Shown here piece by piece: positions 36,902 through 48,989 of a DNA stretch of 64,000 nucleotides. The position numbers were made by a program, and so were the translations under genes. The notes under the pieces were generated by a model. That model searched no databases. It was not told where the DNA came from and worked only from the letters and a program-made list of their open reading frames with translations. Where the stretch lies: assembly GCF_000027125.1 (NCBI RefSeq), contig NC_017626.1; one strand, 5' to 3'. This stretch comes from Escherichia coli 042 (lineage in GTDB: Bacteria > Pseudomonadota > Gammaproteobacteria > Enterobacterales > Enterobacteriaceae). Position 1 is the first letter of the stretch. Every line of letters begins with the position of its first letter.

Positions 36902-39900
36902 ATGACAGTAAAAATTTCTGGCGTGCTTAAAGATGGCACAGGAAAACCAGTACAGAACTGCACCATTGTGCTGAAGGCCAGACGAACCAGCAGCACGGTG
37001 GTGGTGAACACGGTGGCCTCTGAAAATCCGGATGAAGCCGGACGTTACAGCATGGATGTTGAGCATGGTCAGTACAGCGTCACCCTGCTGGTTGAAGGTT
37101 TTCCGCCTTCACATGCCGGGACCATTACCGTCTATGAAGGTTCCAGATCAGGTACGCTGAATGATTTTCTCGGTGCCATGACGGAGGATGATGTCCGACC
37201 GGAGGCACTGCGCCGCTTTGAGCAGATGGTGGAAGAGGTGTCACGTAACGCCTCCGCGGTTGCACAGAATACGGCAGCCGCGAAAAAATCAGCCAGCGAT
37301 GCCAGTGCATCAGCCAGCGAGGCGGCAACTCATGCAACCGATGCTGCAGCCTCAGCACGTGCCGCCAGCACGTCAGCCGGACAGGCCGCGTCGTCGGCTC
37401 AGTCAGCGTCTTCCAGCGCAGGAACGGCATCGACAAAGACCCGTGAAGCAGCAAAAAGTGCTGCTGCTGCAGAGTCATCAAAAAGCGCGGCAGCTACCAG
37501 CGCCAGTGCCGCGAAAACGTCAGAAACGAATGCCGCAGCATCACAAAAATCGGCAGCCACTTCTGCATCCACAGCGACCACGAAGGCGTCAGAAGCTGCC
37601 ACCTCGGCACGGGGTGCGGCGGCCTCAAAAGAGGCAGCGAAATCTTCAGAAACGAATGCATCATCAAGTGCCAGTAGTGCAGCTTCCTCGGCAACGGCGG
37701 CAGGAAATTCCGCGAAGGCGGCAAAAACGTCCGAGACGAACGCTAAGTCTTCTGAAACAGCAGCGGGACAGAGCGCCTCAGCTGCGGCAGGTTCAAAAAC
37801 AGCGGCTGCATTATCTGCCAGTGCCGCGTCAACAAGTGCCGGGCAGGCCTCAGCCAGTGCCACCGCCGCCGGAAAATCGGCAGAAAGCGCCGCATCATCC
37901 GCTTCAACAGCCACAACGAAGGCTGGCAAAGCCACTGAGCAAGCCACTGCAGCAGCGAGGTCTGCTTCTGCAGCAAAAACCTCTGAAACAAATGCAAAGA
38001 CTTCAGCAGACAATGCTGCTTCCTCTAAGGCGGCAGCCGCATCGTCAGCCAGTTCAGCGGCGTCATCGGCATCATCTGCGTCTGCTTCAAAAGATGAGGC
38101 GACCAGACAAGCGTCAGCAGCGAAAGGTAGTGCCACGACAGCAACAACGAAAGCATCAGAGGCGGCAGGCAGTGCGACGGCTGCATCTCAGAGCAAAGTT
38201 GCTGCTGAATCCGCGGCAACGCGCGCCGAGACAGCAGCAAAACGGGCAGAGGATATTGCATCCGCCGTGGCGCTGGAGGATGCGAGCACGACGAAAAAGG
38301 GGATAGTACAGCTCAGCAGTGCAACAAACAGCACCAGTGAAAAGCTGGCGGCAACGCCAAAGGCAGTTAAAACTGTTAAAGATAGTTCAGTTCAAAAAAC
38401 TGGCGACACAATGGGAGGGCAGTTAAAAATCAGCACGATAAATGCTCTTCGAATATTCAACCAAGCCTTTGGCCTTATTTTTAGGCGTTCCGAAGATCAT
38501 CTTCATCTTATTCCGACTAATGAAGGGGAGGGGGAAAATGGAGACATCGGTTCATTAAGACCATTCTCTATAAACTTAAGATCAGGGTTGGTGTCCATCG
38601 GTAATGGACTAAAAGTTGGTGGTAGTGTTACTGGTAATTTGACCGGAAACGCAGATACTGCGACCAAGATCAAGACAGCACGTAAGATTGGGGGCGTGGC
38701 ATTTGATGGATCGGCAGATATCAACTTGCCTGGAGTCAACGCTACCGGTAATCAAAACACTACAGGTAATGCTGCGACCGCCACGAAACTTCAGGCAGCC
38801 AGAACGATTAACGGTGTGTCATTTGATGGTAGTGCAAATATCACATTGACCCCTTCAAATATTGGGGCATTGGCATTAACTGGAGGGACTCTTTCAGGTG
38901 GTTTAACTGCTGCTGGTGAGGTTATTTCAAGGTCAGCAAATGGTCTGCGTATTGCCTATGGCAACTATGGATTCTTTATCCGAAATGATGGATCAAACAC
39001 ATATTTTATGTTGACAGATTCGGGTAACAGTCTTGGTACGCACAATAGCTTAAGGCCGTTTATAATTAGTAACCATACTGGCAATGTTACAATTGCAACT
39101 AAATTAAACGCGAGTGGTGGTATCACTGGATCTTTATCGGGTAATGCAAGCACAGCAACCAAATTGCAAACTGCAAGGACAATTAACGGCGTAAAATTTG
39201 ACGGCTCGGCAAATATTGAAGCGTTTCCGCCAGGTGTTCCGCTGCCGTGGCCATCAGATACACCACCTGCAGGTTATGCAATCATGCAGGGGCAGACGTT
39301 TGATAAGGCAGCATATCCGAAACTGGCTATTGCCTATCCTTCAGGTGTTATTCCAGATATGCGCGGCTGGACAATCAAGGGCAAACCCGCCAGTGGCCGG
39401 GCCGTATTGTCTCAGGAACAGGACGGCATTAAATCGCACACCCACAGCGCCAGCGCATCCAGTACGGATTTGGGGACGAAAAACACATCGTCGTTTGATT
39501 ACGGAACCAAATCCACGAATAACACCGGGGCGCATACCCATAGTATTAGCGGGACTGCAAATAGTGCCGGTGCGCACCAACACAAGAGTTCCGGTGCATT
39601 TGGTGGCACGAACACGAGCATTTTCCCTAATGGTTATACCGCGATTTCAAATCTAAGCGCGGGGATTATGAGCACAACAAGCGGTAGTGGCCTGACTCGT
39701 AATGCAGGGAAGACATCATCAGATGGTGCTCATACCCACTCGCTGTCCGGCACTGCTGCAAGCGCAGGCGCACATGCACATACTGTCGGTATTGGTGCTC
39801 ATACGCACTCCGTTGCGATTGGCTCACATGGACACACCATCACCGTTAACGCTGCTGGTAACGCGGAAAACACCGTCAAAAACATCGCATTTAACTATAT

Positions 39901-39916
39901 TGTGAGGCTTGCATAA
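36902..39916 (+). CDS. stf: Side tail fibre protein with long Ala/Ser/Thr-rich repetitive region
   Basis: 1004 aa; repeated KTSETNA-containing modules at roughly aa 100-470; repeats of '[G/N]GV(S/K)FDGSA' in the C-terminal half. Confidence 0.85.
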   Translation: MTVKISGVLKDGTGKPVQNCTIVLKARRTSSTVVVNTVASENPDEAGRYSMDVEHGQYSVTLLVEGFPPSHAGTITVYEGSRSGTLNDFLGAMTEDDVRPEALRRFEQMVEEVSRNASAVAQNTAAAKKSASDASASASEAATHATDAAASARAASTSAGQAASSAQSASSSAGTASTKTREAAKSAAAAESSKSAAATSASAAKTSETNAAASQKSAATSASTATTKASEAATSARGAAASKEAAKSSETNASSSASSAASSATAAGNSAKAAKTSETNAKSSETAAGQSASAAAGSKTAAALSASAASTSAGQASASATAAGKSAESAASSASTATTKAGKATEQATAAARSASAAKTSETNAKTSADNAASSKAAAASSASSAASSASSASASKDEATRQASAAKGSATTATTKASEAAGSATAASQSKVAAESAATRAETAAKRAEDIASAVALEDASTTKKGIVQLSSATNSTSEKLAATPKAVKTVKDSSVQKTGDTMGGQLKISTINALRIFNQAFGLIFRRSEDHLHLIPTNEGEGENGDIGSLRPFSINLRSGLVSIGNGLKVGGSVTGNLTGNADTATKIKTARKIGGVAFDGSADINLPGVNATGNQNTTGNAATATKLQAARTINGVSFDGSANITLTPSNIGALALTGGTLSGGLTAAGEVISRSANGLRIAYGNYGFFIRNDGSNTYFMLTDSGNSLGTHNSLRPFIISNHTGNVTIATKLNASGGITGSLSGNASTATKLQTARTINGVKFDGSANIEAFPPGVPLPWPSDTPPAGYAIMQGQTFDKAAYPKLAIAYPSGVIPDMRGWTIKGKPASGRAVLSQEQDGIKSHTHSASASSTDLGTKNTSSFDYGTKSTNNTGAHTHSISGTANSAGAHQHKSSGAFGGTNTSIFPNGYTAISNLSAGIMSTTSGSGLTRNAGKTSSDGAHTHSLSGTAASAGAHAHTVGIGAHTHSVAIGSHGHTITVNAAGNAENTVKNIAFNYIVRLA

Positions 39917-40500
39917 TGGTATTCAGAATGAGTGAACAACCACGGACCATAACAATTTATAATCTGCTGGCCGGAACTAATGAATTTATTGGTGAAGGTG
40001 ATGCATATATTCCGCCTCATACAGGTCTGCCAGCAAACAGTACCGATATTGCACCGCCAGATATTCCGGCAGGCTTCGTGGCTGTTTTCAACAGTGATGA
40101 GGCATCGTGGCATCTCGTTGAAGATCATCGGGGTAAAACGGTTTATGACGTGGCTTCCGGCGACGCGTTATTTATTTCTGAACTCGGTCCGTTACCGGAA
40201 AATGTTACCTGGTTATCGCCGGAAGGGGAGTTTCAGAAGTGGAACGGCACAGCCTGGGTGAAGGATACGGAAGCAGAAAAACTGTTCCGGATCCGGGAGG
40301 CGGAAGAAACAAAAAACAACCTGATGCAGGTAGCCAGTGAGCATATTGCGCCGCTTCAGGATGCTGCAGATCTGGAAATTGCAACGGAGGAAGAAACCTC
40401 ATTGCTGGAAGCCTGGAAAAAGTATCGGGTGTTGCTGAACCGTGTTGATACATCAACTGCACCTGATATTGAGTGGCCTACGAACCCTGTCAGGGAGTAA
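39916..40500 (+). CDS. tfa: Tail fibre assembly protein
   Basis: 194 aa directly after stf with ATGA overlap. Confidence 0.8.
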   Translation: MVFRMSEQPRTITIYNLLAGTNEFIGEGDAYIPPHTGLPANSTDIAPPDIPAGFVAVFNSDEASWHLVEDHRGKTVYDVASGDALFISELGPLPENVTWLSPEGEFQKWNGTAWVKDTEAEKLFRIREAEETKNNLMQVASEHIAPLQDAADLEIATEEETSLLEAWKKYRVLLNRVDTSTAPDIEWPTNPVRE

Positions 40501-40554
40501 TCATTGGGATTATGCCGCAGCACGTCTTAAGCAAGAACGTGCTGCGGTTGGATG

Positions 40555-41223
40555 CTATTTTTTCCCTGAAGCGGAAAACATTACTACAGTACCTTGAACC
40601 TTGGTTTTAACATTCTCGAAATGCTCTGAGAGTATATGTGTTAAGCCTTCTTCGGAATCTTTTGTGTTTGAAAAGATGCCTTTCTGATTGTAAATGCGCA
40701 TCAGTTTTTGACCGAAGCTATTGTGCACAACTCCATCGCCAAGAATTGTGGCTCCGTATAGAGTTCCATCGTCAGTTAAGGCCTGCGCCGCATTGCGTAT
40801 TACACAGCTTTTTGTAGATATATTTCCAGGCAGGCAGTGAAGAAGGTAAAACATGGAAATGGAATCAAATTGACCATGTAACGCCGCGGGATAAGGTTCA
40901 AAAACATCATGGCTAATTTTATGTTTAATTTTTGATTCCCCAGCCCTTGTAGATGCCGCGTTCAGGCTAGCTTCGTTCAAATCCATTAAAGATATCAGAC
41001 TACTCTCAGGTACGTGAGTAAGGTAAAACCCAGTTCCAACACCAATATCCAGATGGTTGTTACCTAAATGTTCCAGAAAGTGTGGAAGAAGGTGTTCCTT
41101 TGTAGGACATCCCCATGCAAGCCGATTTGATACTCCCAAAACCCACCAGTCATAAAGCTTTAGGGTAAGTGGTGTGTAAATTTTAGCCCCATCATCTGTG
41201 TTTTTTTTCATTAATTTCACCAT
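40555..41223 (-). CDS. Class I SAM-dependent methyltransferase (cargo gene)
   Basis: 222 aa, AT-rich, opposite strand; HLDIGVGTGF resembles the Rossmann motif I of SAM methyltransferases. Confidence 0.6.
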   Translation of the reverse strand: MVKLMKKNTDDGAKIYTPLTLKLYDWWVLGVSNRLAWGCPTKEHLLPHFLEHLGNNHLDIGVGTGFYLTHVPESSLISLMDLNEASLNAASTRAGESKIKHKISHDVFEPYPAALHGQFDSISMFYLLHCLPGNISTKSCVIRNAAQALTDDGTLYGATILGDGVVHNSFGQKLMRIYNQKGIFSNTKDSEEGLTHILSEHFENVKTKVQGTVVMFSASGKK

Positions 41224-41279
41224 GTTATAGTTTTATTTGTGAATTAAATCAATTATGGCGATGAATTACAAGGGGTTAA

Positions 41280-41549
41280 ATGCTGCCGCAGCATAGCGAT
41301 ATTGAAATAGCCTGGTATGCTTCGATACAGCAGGAGCCGAATGGCTGGAAGACCGTCACCACACAGTTCTACATCCAGGAATTCAGTGAGTATATTGCGC
41401 CACTGCAGGATGCTGTAGATCTGGAAATCGCAACGGAGGAAGAAAGATCGTTGCTGGAGGCATGGAATAAATATCGGGTATTGTTGAATCGTGTTGATAC
41501 ATCAACTGCACCTGATATTGAGTGGCCTGCAAATCCTGTCAGGGAGTAA
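41280..41549 (+). pseudogene. Truncated second copy of tail fibre assembly gene
   Basis: 89-aa ORF whose last ~55 aa nearly duplicate the C-terminus of Tfa 39916..40500. Confidence 0.5.
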
Positions 41550-42322
41550 TCATTGGGATTATGCCGCAGACACGTCGTATGCAGGAACGTGCTGCGGTTA
41601 GTTTGTGAGCTTTCGATAGTGGTTGTTATTTTTGCCCTTATTTGTTCCGGAGGCCATGGTTCAATGGTCCGTCTGCCCCCTGTGGTGATGTCAGCAAAAT
41701 CAGCCACTGCGCGAACCACAATAGCCCGGGAAGATGCTGAAGATCACCAGGTAAAGCTGTCAGCGCAGAAACTGGAAGAACTGCTCGCATCAATGGTTAA
41801 GGATGAGGTTGATCGCAATGATGGGATTTATTGACGTCAGCGAGAGCAGAAGGAAGAACTGAATAACCTGAATGATTTACGCTCAATCAGAGCGATGATG
41901 ATTGGCAGTAATTAGCGGTCAATTTCGGTTTTTTTGGCTGTGCGCTCCCCGCCCAGCATTGCGCGTCAATTAGCCCCAAAAAAACGAAAAAGTTACAATC
42001 AAGTAAAAAATTCCTTCTGCAAAACTAAAAAAGATTTCAATAAAATCAGACAGTTAAAAGCATAAAAAAAGGTACAAAAAAAACATCTCAAAGTCTTGTT
42101 TTTTGCTTCAAATACAATTGGTTATTGTGTTTTTTGAAACCTACCAGTCTGGTACATGGATATCGATACCACCGCCAATTATAAGCTGGGCGGTGCACAG
42201 CAACACGATAGCGTACGCCTCGATCCGTGGGTGTTTATGTTCTCAGCAGGATATCGTTTTTAATTCCGCACAAAAACGACCCCGTAATATACGGGGTCAA
42301 TAAGGACATGGTATAAAGGGTA

Positions 42323-42829
42323 TTATTTCTTCGCTTCTACGCCATCAGTTTCAGAGCGAATTAAAAATTTCTCAGTTGTTTGCGGAATATGCTGAATCAG
42401 CCAGTCGGCCATTTCTTTTTCCTCATTTAAAATCGCTTCGATGGTTGGAATTGAAGCTGTATCACCGGCATTTTTTGCTGCTGCTAATAGTGAGGTGTAA
42501 CAGGCGATTTCAAATTGCTCGAAGACATATCCGCTAATAGAGCCTTTGACTATTTCATCAGAAGGGAATATACCACCGATTGACTGCCCAAGCGCAGCCA
42601 TTTTACTCATGGAATCTTTAATGACTGAACGTGAAATGTCATTACGATCAAGAATAGTTTCCAGTTGAACAATCTGGTTTTTGGTTTCACTAAGATGTTG
42701 TTCAATACGAGCGCGTAGTTCAGGATAATTATCTATACGACTAGCCATGGATTCAAGCATAGATTCGGCTTGCTTTTCCATTGCGTGGGCGTCACGTAAC
42801 CAGTCATGATAATGTTCAATACGATTCAT
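42323..42829 (-). CDS. yciE: YciE (ferritin-like, DUF892)
   Basis: 168 aa; recalled as E. coli YciE by sequence and position next to yciF. Confidence 0.85.
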   Translation of the reverse strand: MNRIEHYHDWLRDAHAMEKQAESMLESMASRIDNYPELRARIEQHLSETKNQIVQLETILDRNDISRSVIKDSMSKMAALGQSIGGIFPSDEIVKGSISGYVFEQFEIACYTSLLAAAKNAGDTASIPTIEAILNEEKEMADWLIQHIPQTTEKFLIRSETDGVEAKK

Positions 42830-42874
42830 GAAAATGTCCTCTTTATAAAATGACTAAAAGTTAAAGTTCATATT

Positions 42875-43375
42875 TCAGGCTTTATTTTCGGCTTTCTTAT
42901 TTACGTTATTAAGTGCCAGATCAGTCAGTTTGATGTCGGTGGCCTTTTCTTCTTCCAGGGTTTCTTTCAGAAGCTTCGCTGCTTTACGATAACCTAATTG
43001 TTCAGCCAGCGTTGCTAAGGTCCCGTAACTGGCGATCTCATAGTGCTCGACCTTCTGTGCAGCGGCAATCAGTGCGGCATCACGCACTTCGTTTTTCTCG
43101 GTGCTTTCGATGACCTCATTAGCTTCATCAATTAGACCTTCCATTGCCACACATTTCATGCGCTTAATTTTCAGGTTCGATTCGGACTCCACAACTTGAT
43201 CAATACGTTCAATCTGTCCATGAGTTTCCTCGAGGTGCGCATGAAAAGCCTGACTTAATTTTTCGTTTGATGTTGCTCTTGCGAGTTTTGCCAGTGCCCG
43301 GGTTAATTGTTTTTCTGCGCTGTAGGTATCTGAAAGCAGGTGAATAAATACATCTTCAATGGTCTTCATATTCAT
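42875..43375 (-). CDS. yciF: YciF (DUF892 stress protein)
   Basis: Start taken at MNMKTIEDVF... inside ORF 42875..43423. Confidence 0.85.
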   Translation of the reverse strand: MNMKTIEDVFIHLLSDTYSAEKQLTRALAKLARATSNEKLSQAFHAHLEETHGQIERIDQVVESESNLKIKRMKCVAMEGLIDEANEVIESTEKNEVRDAALIAAAQKVEHYEIASYGTLATLAEQLGYRKAAKLLKETLEEEKATDIKLTDLALNNVNKKAENKA

Positions 43376-43460
43376 ATTTTTCTCCAGTGAAATCACTGCG
43401 AGCCATACGGCCCGCAGATGCAATTATCTTTATCAGCTGATATTAATAATTAACGGTGAA

Positions 43461-43640
43461 TCAGGATTTGCCTGATTTATTACCACCGCTTTGTTGACCG
43501 CCTTTTTTACCCGCTTCAGATGCGCGTTGCGGATCATTTTTAAAATTACCGCCGCTATGCTGACCGCCTTTACGGCCAGCGTCGGATGCCTTTTCACGGT
43601 CTTCGGCGAAATTTCCTGAACCACCACGATGTTCGGCCAT
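43461..43640 (-). CDS. yciG: YciG (KGG-repeat stress protein)
   Basis: Start taken at MAEHRGGSGNF...; KGG repeats. Confidence 0.8.
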   Translation of the reverse strand: MAEHRGGSGNFAEDREKASDAGRKGGQHSGGNFKNDPQRASEAGKKGGQQSGGNKSGKS

Positions 43641-44020
43641 GTTATTTCTCCCGTTGCGTTGCATTGTTTCATTAATATGAGTGTTGTGTGTCGACACTCA
43701 TTAAAATTAGTCGCTAATGAAAATTAGTCAAATTAAGCGCAACGAGAAGAAAGAGGGAAAATATATTATGAGGAACATTCTGGATATATTAACAATTGCC
43801 TGAGGAATAAGTGACTTAGAGAAAATTATTTATTTTACTGGTGTTATGTTGCGGGATTAATTTGTTTGATTATATTACTGTTGGGCGGAAAAAAGACGTA
43901 AGTTGACGTTCGACAGGGGTAAGCGAAACGGTAAAAAGATAAATAATAAATGAATTTAGGATTTTTCCAGCTTCGTTAAAGAAAGTTAAAATGCCGCCAG
44001 CGGAACTGGCGGCTGTGGGA

Positions 44021-44827
44021 TTAACTGCGCGTCGCCGCTTTCATCGGTTGTACAAAAGCTTTCAGTGCCGCCAGCATTTTCTCTGGCTCATTAATATGTT
44101 GCTCGATGATTTTAACGATGGCCGAACCAGAAATCGCGCCCGCAGCTCCTGCATCAATCGCTGCTTTTACCTGATCCGGGGCGGAAATACCAAAGCCCTG
44201 CAATGGAGGCGCAGCATTGTATTCTTTCAGCTTCGTGACCAGATGATTGAGGGGTAACGCGGCGCGGTTTTCTGCGCCGGTCACGCCCGCACGTGACAAT
44301 AAATAGGTGTATCCACGACCGTAGGAGGCTATCTGGCGCAGCAAATCATCGTCGGCATTCGGCGGGCAAATAAAGATAGGTGCGACATTATGACGCAACG
44401 CGGCCTGGCGGAAGGGAGCGGACTCTTCCACTGGCACATCGGCAACCAGCACCGAATCGACGCCGACTTTCTCGCACTGGGCATAAAACTCATCAATGCC
44501 TTTGTTAAACACCAGGTTGGCATACATCAAAAGGCCGATGGGAATGGTCGGGTGCTTCTGGCGAATCAGTGCCAGCATCTCAAAGCACTGTGCCGGGGTC
44601 ACACCTGCCGCAAAGGCACGCAGTGTGGCGTTTTGAATCGTCGGGCCATCCGCCAGTGGGTCGGAGAAGGGGATACCTAACTCCAGCGCGTCAGCACCGG
44701 CTTCAATTAGCGTGTCGATAATTTTCAGCGACTGCTCAATGCCCGGATCACCGAGCGTGACGAAAGGAACGAATGCGCCTTCTTTGCGCTCCTTCAACTG
44801 GGCAAACAGAGATTCGTAGCGTTCCAT
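44021..44827 (-). CDS. trpA: Tryptophan synthase alpha subunit
   Basis: 268 aa [28 protein letters not shown]..., matches recalled E. coli TrpA. Confidence 0.97.
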   Translation of the reverse strand: MERYESLFAQLKERKEGAFVPFVTLGDPGIEQSLKIIDTLIEAGADALELGIPFSDPLADGPTIQNATLRAFAAGVTPAQCFEMLALIRQKHPTIPIGLLMYANLVFNKGIDEFYAQCEKVGVDSVLVADVPVEESAPFRQAALRHNVAPIFICPPNADDDLLRQIASYGRGYTYLLSRAGVTGAENRAALPLNHLVTKLKEYNAAPPLQGFGISAPDQVKAAIDAGAAGAISGSAIVKIIEQHINEPEKMLAALKAFVQPMKAATRS

Positions 44828-46020
44828 CAGATTTCCCCTCGAGCTTTCAAAATATCGTGAACGGTGAAGATGTCTTTATCGCCGCGACCGGAAAGGTTAA
44901 CCACCAGTAGCTGCTCTTTTTCCGGGTTTTCGCGCATCATTTTCAGCGCATGGGCCAGGGCGTGGGAGGACTCCAGCGCCGGGATAATCCCTTCGTGCAG
45001 GCAGAGTGTTTTGAAGGCTTCCAGTGCTTCATCATCGGTAATTGACACATAATCAGCGCGCCCAGTGCTGTTGAGATACGCGTGTTGTGGGCCGACAGAC
45101 GGGAAATCCAGTCCGGCAGAAATGGAGTAAGATTCTTCAATCTGCCCGTCTTCGGTTTGCATCATCGGCGCTTTCATACCGAAATAGATGCCCACGCGAC
45201 CATGTTTTAACGGTGCGCCGTGCTCGCCGGTTTCGATACCGTGACCGCCAGGCTCCACACCAATCAGGCCGACGTCGGTTTCGTTGATGAAATCAGCAAA
45301 CATGCCGATGGCATTTGAACCGCCGCCAACACAAGCGATAACCGCATCCGGCAGGCGACCTTCTCTTTCCAGAATCTGTGCTTTGGTTTCTTCGCCAATC
45401 ATCCGCTGGAACTCACGGACAATGGTCGGATAAGGATGTGGGCCAGCTGCGGTGCCCAGCATATAGTGCGCGGTTTCATAACTGCCGGACCAGTCGCGCA
45501 GCGCCTCATTACAGGCATCTTTCAGCGTCGCGGAACCGCTATGCACCGGGATCACTTCCGCGCCCATTAAATGCATACGAAAAACGTTAGGCGACTGGCG
45601 TTCAACGTCTTTGGCACCCATATAAATACGGCATTTCAGGCCGAGCAGGGCGCTGGCAAGGGCCGACGCCACGCCATGCTGACCGGCACCGGTTTCGGCG
45701 ATGATTTCGGTTTTACCCATCCGCTTCGCCAGTAAAGCCTGACCGAGCACCTGGTTAGTTTTATGCGCGCCGCCGTGCAGCAAATCTTCGCGCTTGAGAT
45801 ACAGCGTGGTGTTAGTGCCAGCCGTGATGTTCTGGCATTTGGTGAGTGCGGTTGGACGCCCGGCATAGTTTTTCAGCAGGTCGTTGAACTGGGCCTGAAA
45901 TTCAGGATCTTTTTGCGCGCTGACAAAAGCTTCTTCCAGCTGGCGCAGAGCAGGCATCAGGATTTGTGGCACGTACATGCCGCCAAACTCACCAAAATAG
46001 GGGTTAAGTAATGTTGTCAT
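44827..46020 (-). CDS. trpB: Tryptophan synthase beta subunit
   Basis: 397 aa [21 protein letters not shown]..., overlaps the trpA start. Confidence 0.97.
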   Translation of the reverse strand: MTTLLNPYFGEFGGMYVPQILMPALRQLEEAFVSAQKDPEFQAQFNDLLKNYAGRPTALTKCQNITAGTNTTLYLKREDLLHGGAHKTNQVLGQALLAKRMGKTEIIAETGAGQHGVASALASALLGLKCRIYMGAKDVERQSPNVFRMHLMGAEVIPVHSGSATLKDACNEALRDWSGSYETAHYMLGTAAGPHPYPTIVREFQRMIGEETKAQILEREGRLPDAVIACVGGGSNAIGMFADFINETDVGLIGVEPGGHGIETGEHGAPLKHGRVGIYFGMKAPMMQTEDGQIEESYSISAGLDFPSVGPQHAYLNSTGRADYVSITDDEALEAFKTLCLHEGIIPALESSHALAHALKMMRENPEKEQLLVVNLSGRGDKDIFTVHDILKARGEI

Positions 46021-46031
46021 TGTTCCTTTCC

Positions 46032-47393
46032 TTAATATGCGCGCAGCGTCTGGAAAACCGAGGCCAAAAGACGTGCGTCTTTGATGCCCGGTTGCGACTC
46101 TACAGCAGAATTAAAATCAAGTCCGGCGCAGCCGGTTTGTGCCGCTTCCACGCAGTTATCTGCGCCTAAGCCCCCCGCCAGCAGAACGTTGCCAAGCGAT
46201 TGACCGTTTAACAGTGACCAGTCGAAACGTTGCCCGCTTCCACCCTGGCCGTTGTCTAAAACATATTTATCAACGTGCTGAAGCTCGCGGGCGGGCAGGG
46301 TTTCACCGACGCTTAATGCTTTCCAGATGGCAATGTTTGCGGGCAGCGCGCCACGCAATGTGTCGATATATTGTTGATCTTCATTACCATGCAGTTGCAC
46401 TGCCGCAAGTGATAACACCTTAGCTTTGTCCACCACATCGGCAATATCGTGATTGCGGAACACGCCAACATACTGCAACGGTGCCGCAGCCATCACTTCC
46501 TGCGCCTGTTCAACGTTGACGCAACGCGGTGATGTCGCAACAAAAATCAACCCACCGTAAATCGCGCCCGCGTCATAAGCTGCTTTAGCATCTTGCCCAC
46601 GCGTCAGGCCACATACTTTATTCTCACCCAGCAACACCCGGCGCACGGCGGCGTTCAAATCGTCATGGGCCATCAACGCCGAACCAATCAGAAAACCGTT
46701 AGCGAAGTGGCTTAACTCGCGCACCTGAGCGTAAGTATTGATGCCGGATTCGCTGATTACCGTCACGTTGTGCCCCAGTTTCGGCGCAAGCTCGCGGGTA
46801 CGGTTGAGATCAATCGACAAATCACGCAGATCGCGGTTGTTGATGCCAACGACCTTTGCCCCCAATGCAATGGCACGCTCCAGTTCCTCTTCATTACTGA
46901 CTTCGGTCAGCACACCCATCTCCAGACTGTGGGCGACGGCAGCAAGCTGGCGATATTGTTCGTCATCCAGTACTGAAAGCATTAATAAGCAGGCATCGGC
47001 CTGGTAATAGCGCGCCAGATAGATCTGGTAAGGATCGATAATGAAGTCTTTACATAAAATCGGCTGCGGGGCGATTTGGCTGACGATGGGGAGGAAATCA
47101 AAGCTCCCCTGAAAATATTTCTCATCAGTCAGCACCGAAATTGCCGAAGCGTAATGTTTATAAATGGCGGCAATGCGTGCCGGATCGAAATCATCACGGA
47201 TCACGCCTTTTGACGGCGACGCTTTTTTGCACTCCAGAATAAACGACGTGCGTGCACCCTGAAGTGCATCATAAAAATGTCGCGTGCTCGGCTGAACCTC
47301 ATTCTGAAAACTGGCCAGCGGTTGCTGCTCTTTGCGGGTTTCTACCCAAATCGCCTTGTCTGCGACGATTTTCGCTAAAACGGTTTGCATCAT
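46032..47393 (-). CDS. trpC: Bifunctional indole-3-glycerol-phosphate synthase / phosphoribosylanthranilate isomerase
   Basis: 453 aa [18 protein letters not shown]... Confidence 0.97.
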   Translation of the reverse strand: MMQTVLAKIVADKAIWVETRKEQQPLASFQNEVQPSTRHFYDALQGARTSFILECKKASPSKGVIRDDFDPARIAAIYKHYASAISVLTDEKYFQGSFDFLPIVSQIAPQPILCKDFIIDPYQIYLARYYQADACLLMLSVLDDEQYRQLAAVAHSLEMGVLTEVSNEEELERAIALGAKVVGINNRDLRDLSIDLNRTRELAPKLGHNVTVISESGINTYAQVRELSHFANGFLIGSALMAHDDLNAAVRRVLLGENKVCGLTRGQDAKAAYDAGAIYGGLIFVATSPRCVNVEQAQEVMAAAPLQYVGVFRNHDIADVVDKAKVLSLAAVQLHGNEDQQYIDTLRGALPANIAIWKALSVGETLPARELQHVDKYVLDNGQGGSGQRFDWSLLNGQSLGNVLLAGGLGADNCVEAAQTGCAGLDFNSAVESQPGIKDARLLASVFQTLRAY

Positions 47394-48989
47394 TTACCCT
47401 CGTGCCGCCAGTGCGGTGACTCTGTCGTAAGCGGAACCACTGCGCAGTACCTCAAGAACGGTTTGCGCATTGGCTTGCAGATCTTCATGGCCATGCAGGC
47501 GCATTAACATGGCGACATTCGCCGCGACGGCTGCTTCATGGGCGGCGTCGCCTTTACCTTGTAACAAGCGTGTTAAAATGTCACGGTTTTCTTCCGGTGT
47601 TCCGCCTGCCAGTTGCTCCTGGTGGTAGGGTGTCAGGCCAAAATCTTCTGCAGTTAGCTGATAGCTCTTAATTTCACCGTCATGCAGTTCGGCAACGATT
47701 GTCGGCGCGTGTAATGAAACTTCATCCATCCCGCCGCTGTGCACTACCGCAGCGCGTTGATACCCCAGCACGCGCAAGGTTTCGGCAATCGGCAGCACCA
47801 GTTCCGGACTATAAACACCAATTAGCGCCAGCGGCGGATGCGCCGGGTTAATCAATGGCCCCAGCACATTGAACAGGGTGCGGGTTTTCAGTTGCTGGCG
47901 AACCGGCATCGCGTGGCGGAATCCGGTGTGATATTTCGGCGCAAAGAGGAAACAGACGCCTAACTCATCCAGCGCCTGGCGCGATTTATCGGCGTTCATA
48001 TCAAGATTAATACCGAACGCCGCCAGCAGATCCGACGAGCCGGATTTACTGGAGACGCTACGGTTGCCGTGTTTCGCCACTTTCAGCCCACAGGCCGCGG
48101 CGACAAAAGCACTGGCGGTAGAAATATTGATACTGTTGCTGCCGTCACCACCGGTACCGACGATATCGGCAAACAGATAATCCGGGCGCGGGAACGGCGC
48201 GGCGTTTTCCAGTAGCGCGGTTGCTGCTCCGGCGATTTCGTTTGGGTGCTCGCCGCGAATTTTCATGCTTACCAGAGCCGCCGCGAGCTGTTCTGGCTTC
48301 AGCTCGCCATGCACCACTGCTGAAAACAGCTGGTGGCTTTCTTGCTGGCTAAGCGTCTGCGCCTGATACAGTTTTTCCAGAATCGGTTGCAGCGTGTTAG
48401 TCGGTTCCAGTTTCTGCTGCGCCCAGGCCAATGTTTGTTCCAGCAGGCGAGCGCCCTGGGTAGTAAGAATGGATTCCGGATGGAACTGGAATCCACAAAC
48501 GCGATCTGCATCGTGACGCACTGCCATCACCATGCCATTAAAATGGGCGTTGATGGTTAAACCGGCCGGAATGTTACTGCCAACCAGCGAGTGATAACGC
48601 GCCACTGGCAGCGGGTTTGTTAATCCGGCAAACATCGCCTGACCGTCGTGTTCAATGCTGGAGGCTTTACCGTGAAGAATTTCGCCCGCCTGACCGACAT
48701 ACCCCCCATAAGCTTCGACAATCGCCTGATGACCGAGGCAAATGCCAATAATAGCCAGCTTGCCGCGCAGGCGGGTGAGGAGTTCCGGCATACAACCGGC
48801 TTCGCTTGGCACTCCGGGGCCAGGAGAAAGCATCAGCACCGGATTGCTCATCGTCGCCAGGCGTTCAATTAAAGTCTGCGCCGGAATATGGTTGCGGTAA
48901 ATCACCACGTTATGACCATTGCTGCGCAACTGATCTGCCAGGTTGTAAGTAAAAGAGTCGATATTATCGAGCAGCAGAATGTCAGCCAT
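47394..48989 (-). CDS. trpD: Anthranilate synthase component II / anthranilate phosphoribosyltransferase
   Basis: 531 aa [17 protein letters not shown]... Confidence 0.97.
   Translation of the reverse strand: MADILLLDNIDSFTYNLADQLRSNGHNVVIYRNHIPAQTLIERLATMSNPVLMLSPGPGVPSEAGCMPELLTRLRGKLAIIGICLGHQAIVEAYGGYVGQAGEILHGKASSIEHDGQAMFAGLTNPLPVARYHSLVGSNIPAGLTINAHFNGMVMAVRHDADRVCGFQFHPESILTTQGARLLEQTLAWAQQKLEPTNTLQPILEKLYQAQTLSQQESHQLFSAVVHGELKPEQLAAALVSMKIRGEHPNEIAGAATALLENAAPFPRPDYLFADIVGTGGDGSNSINISTASAFVAAACGLKVAKHGNRSVSSKSGSSDLLAAFGINLDMNADKSRQALDELGVCFLFAPKYHTGFRHAMPVRQQLKTRTLFNVLGPLINPAHPPLALIGVYSPELVLPIAETLRVLGYQRAAVVHSGGMDEVSLHAPTIVAELHDGEIKSYQLTAEDFGLTPYHQEQLAGGTPEENRDILTRLLQGKGDAAHEAAVAANVAMLMRLHGHEDLQANAQTVLEVLRSGSAYDRVTALAARG

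Larger units (their letters stand above)
1..41900. mobile_element. Lambdoid prophage (lambda/Qin/Stx-phage-like), right ~42 kb; integrase end lies outside the window
   Basis: Continuous phage gene order nin-region, rusA, Q, tRNAs, nanS-p, S/R/Rz, cos, Nu1/A, head, tail, J, lom, stf/tfa; host yciE begins at 42323. Right boundary not resolved, somewhere in 41.6-42.3 kb. Confidence 0.9.

Noticed and set aside
37125-38306. Large alternate-frame ORFs inside stf (e.g. 37188..38306 +, 37399..38136 -), Pro/Arg/Gln- or Ala-rich
   Set aside because: They lie wholly within the repetitive GC-rich part of the tail-fibre gene and have low-complexity composition; the Stf frame is the one with the conserved N- and C-terminal domains.
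39916-41600. Invertible tail-fibre (Pin/Gin-type) segment
   Set aside because: The repeats flanking the methyltransferase are direct, not inverted, and no invertase gene is present in the window.
41553-41834. 93-aa ORF after the truncated tfa copy
   Set aside because: Begins inside the repeat hairpin, has an odd hydrophobic/Cys-rich N-terminus and no recognisable features; left unannotated.
42103-42303. 66-aa ORF in the AT-rich junction before yciE
   Set aside because: Lies in a homopolymer-rich intergenic stretch with no RBS; probably non-coding.
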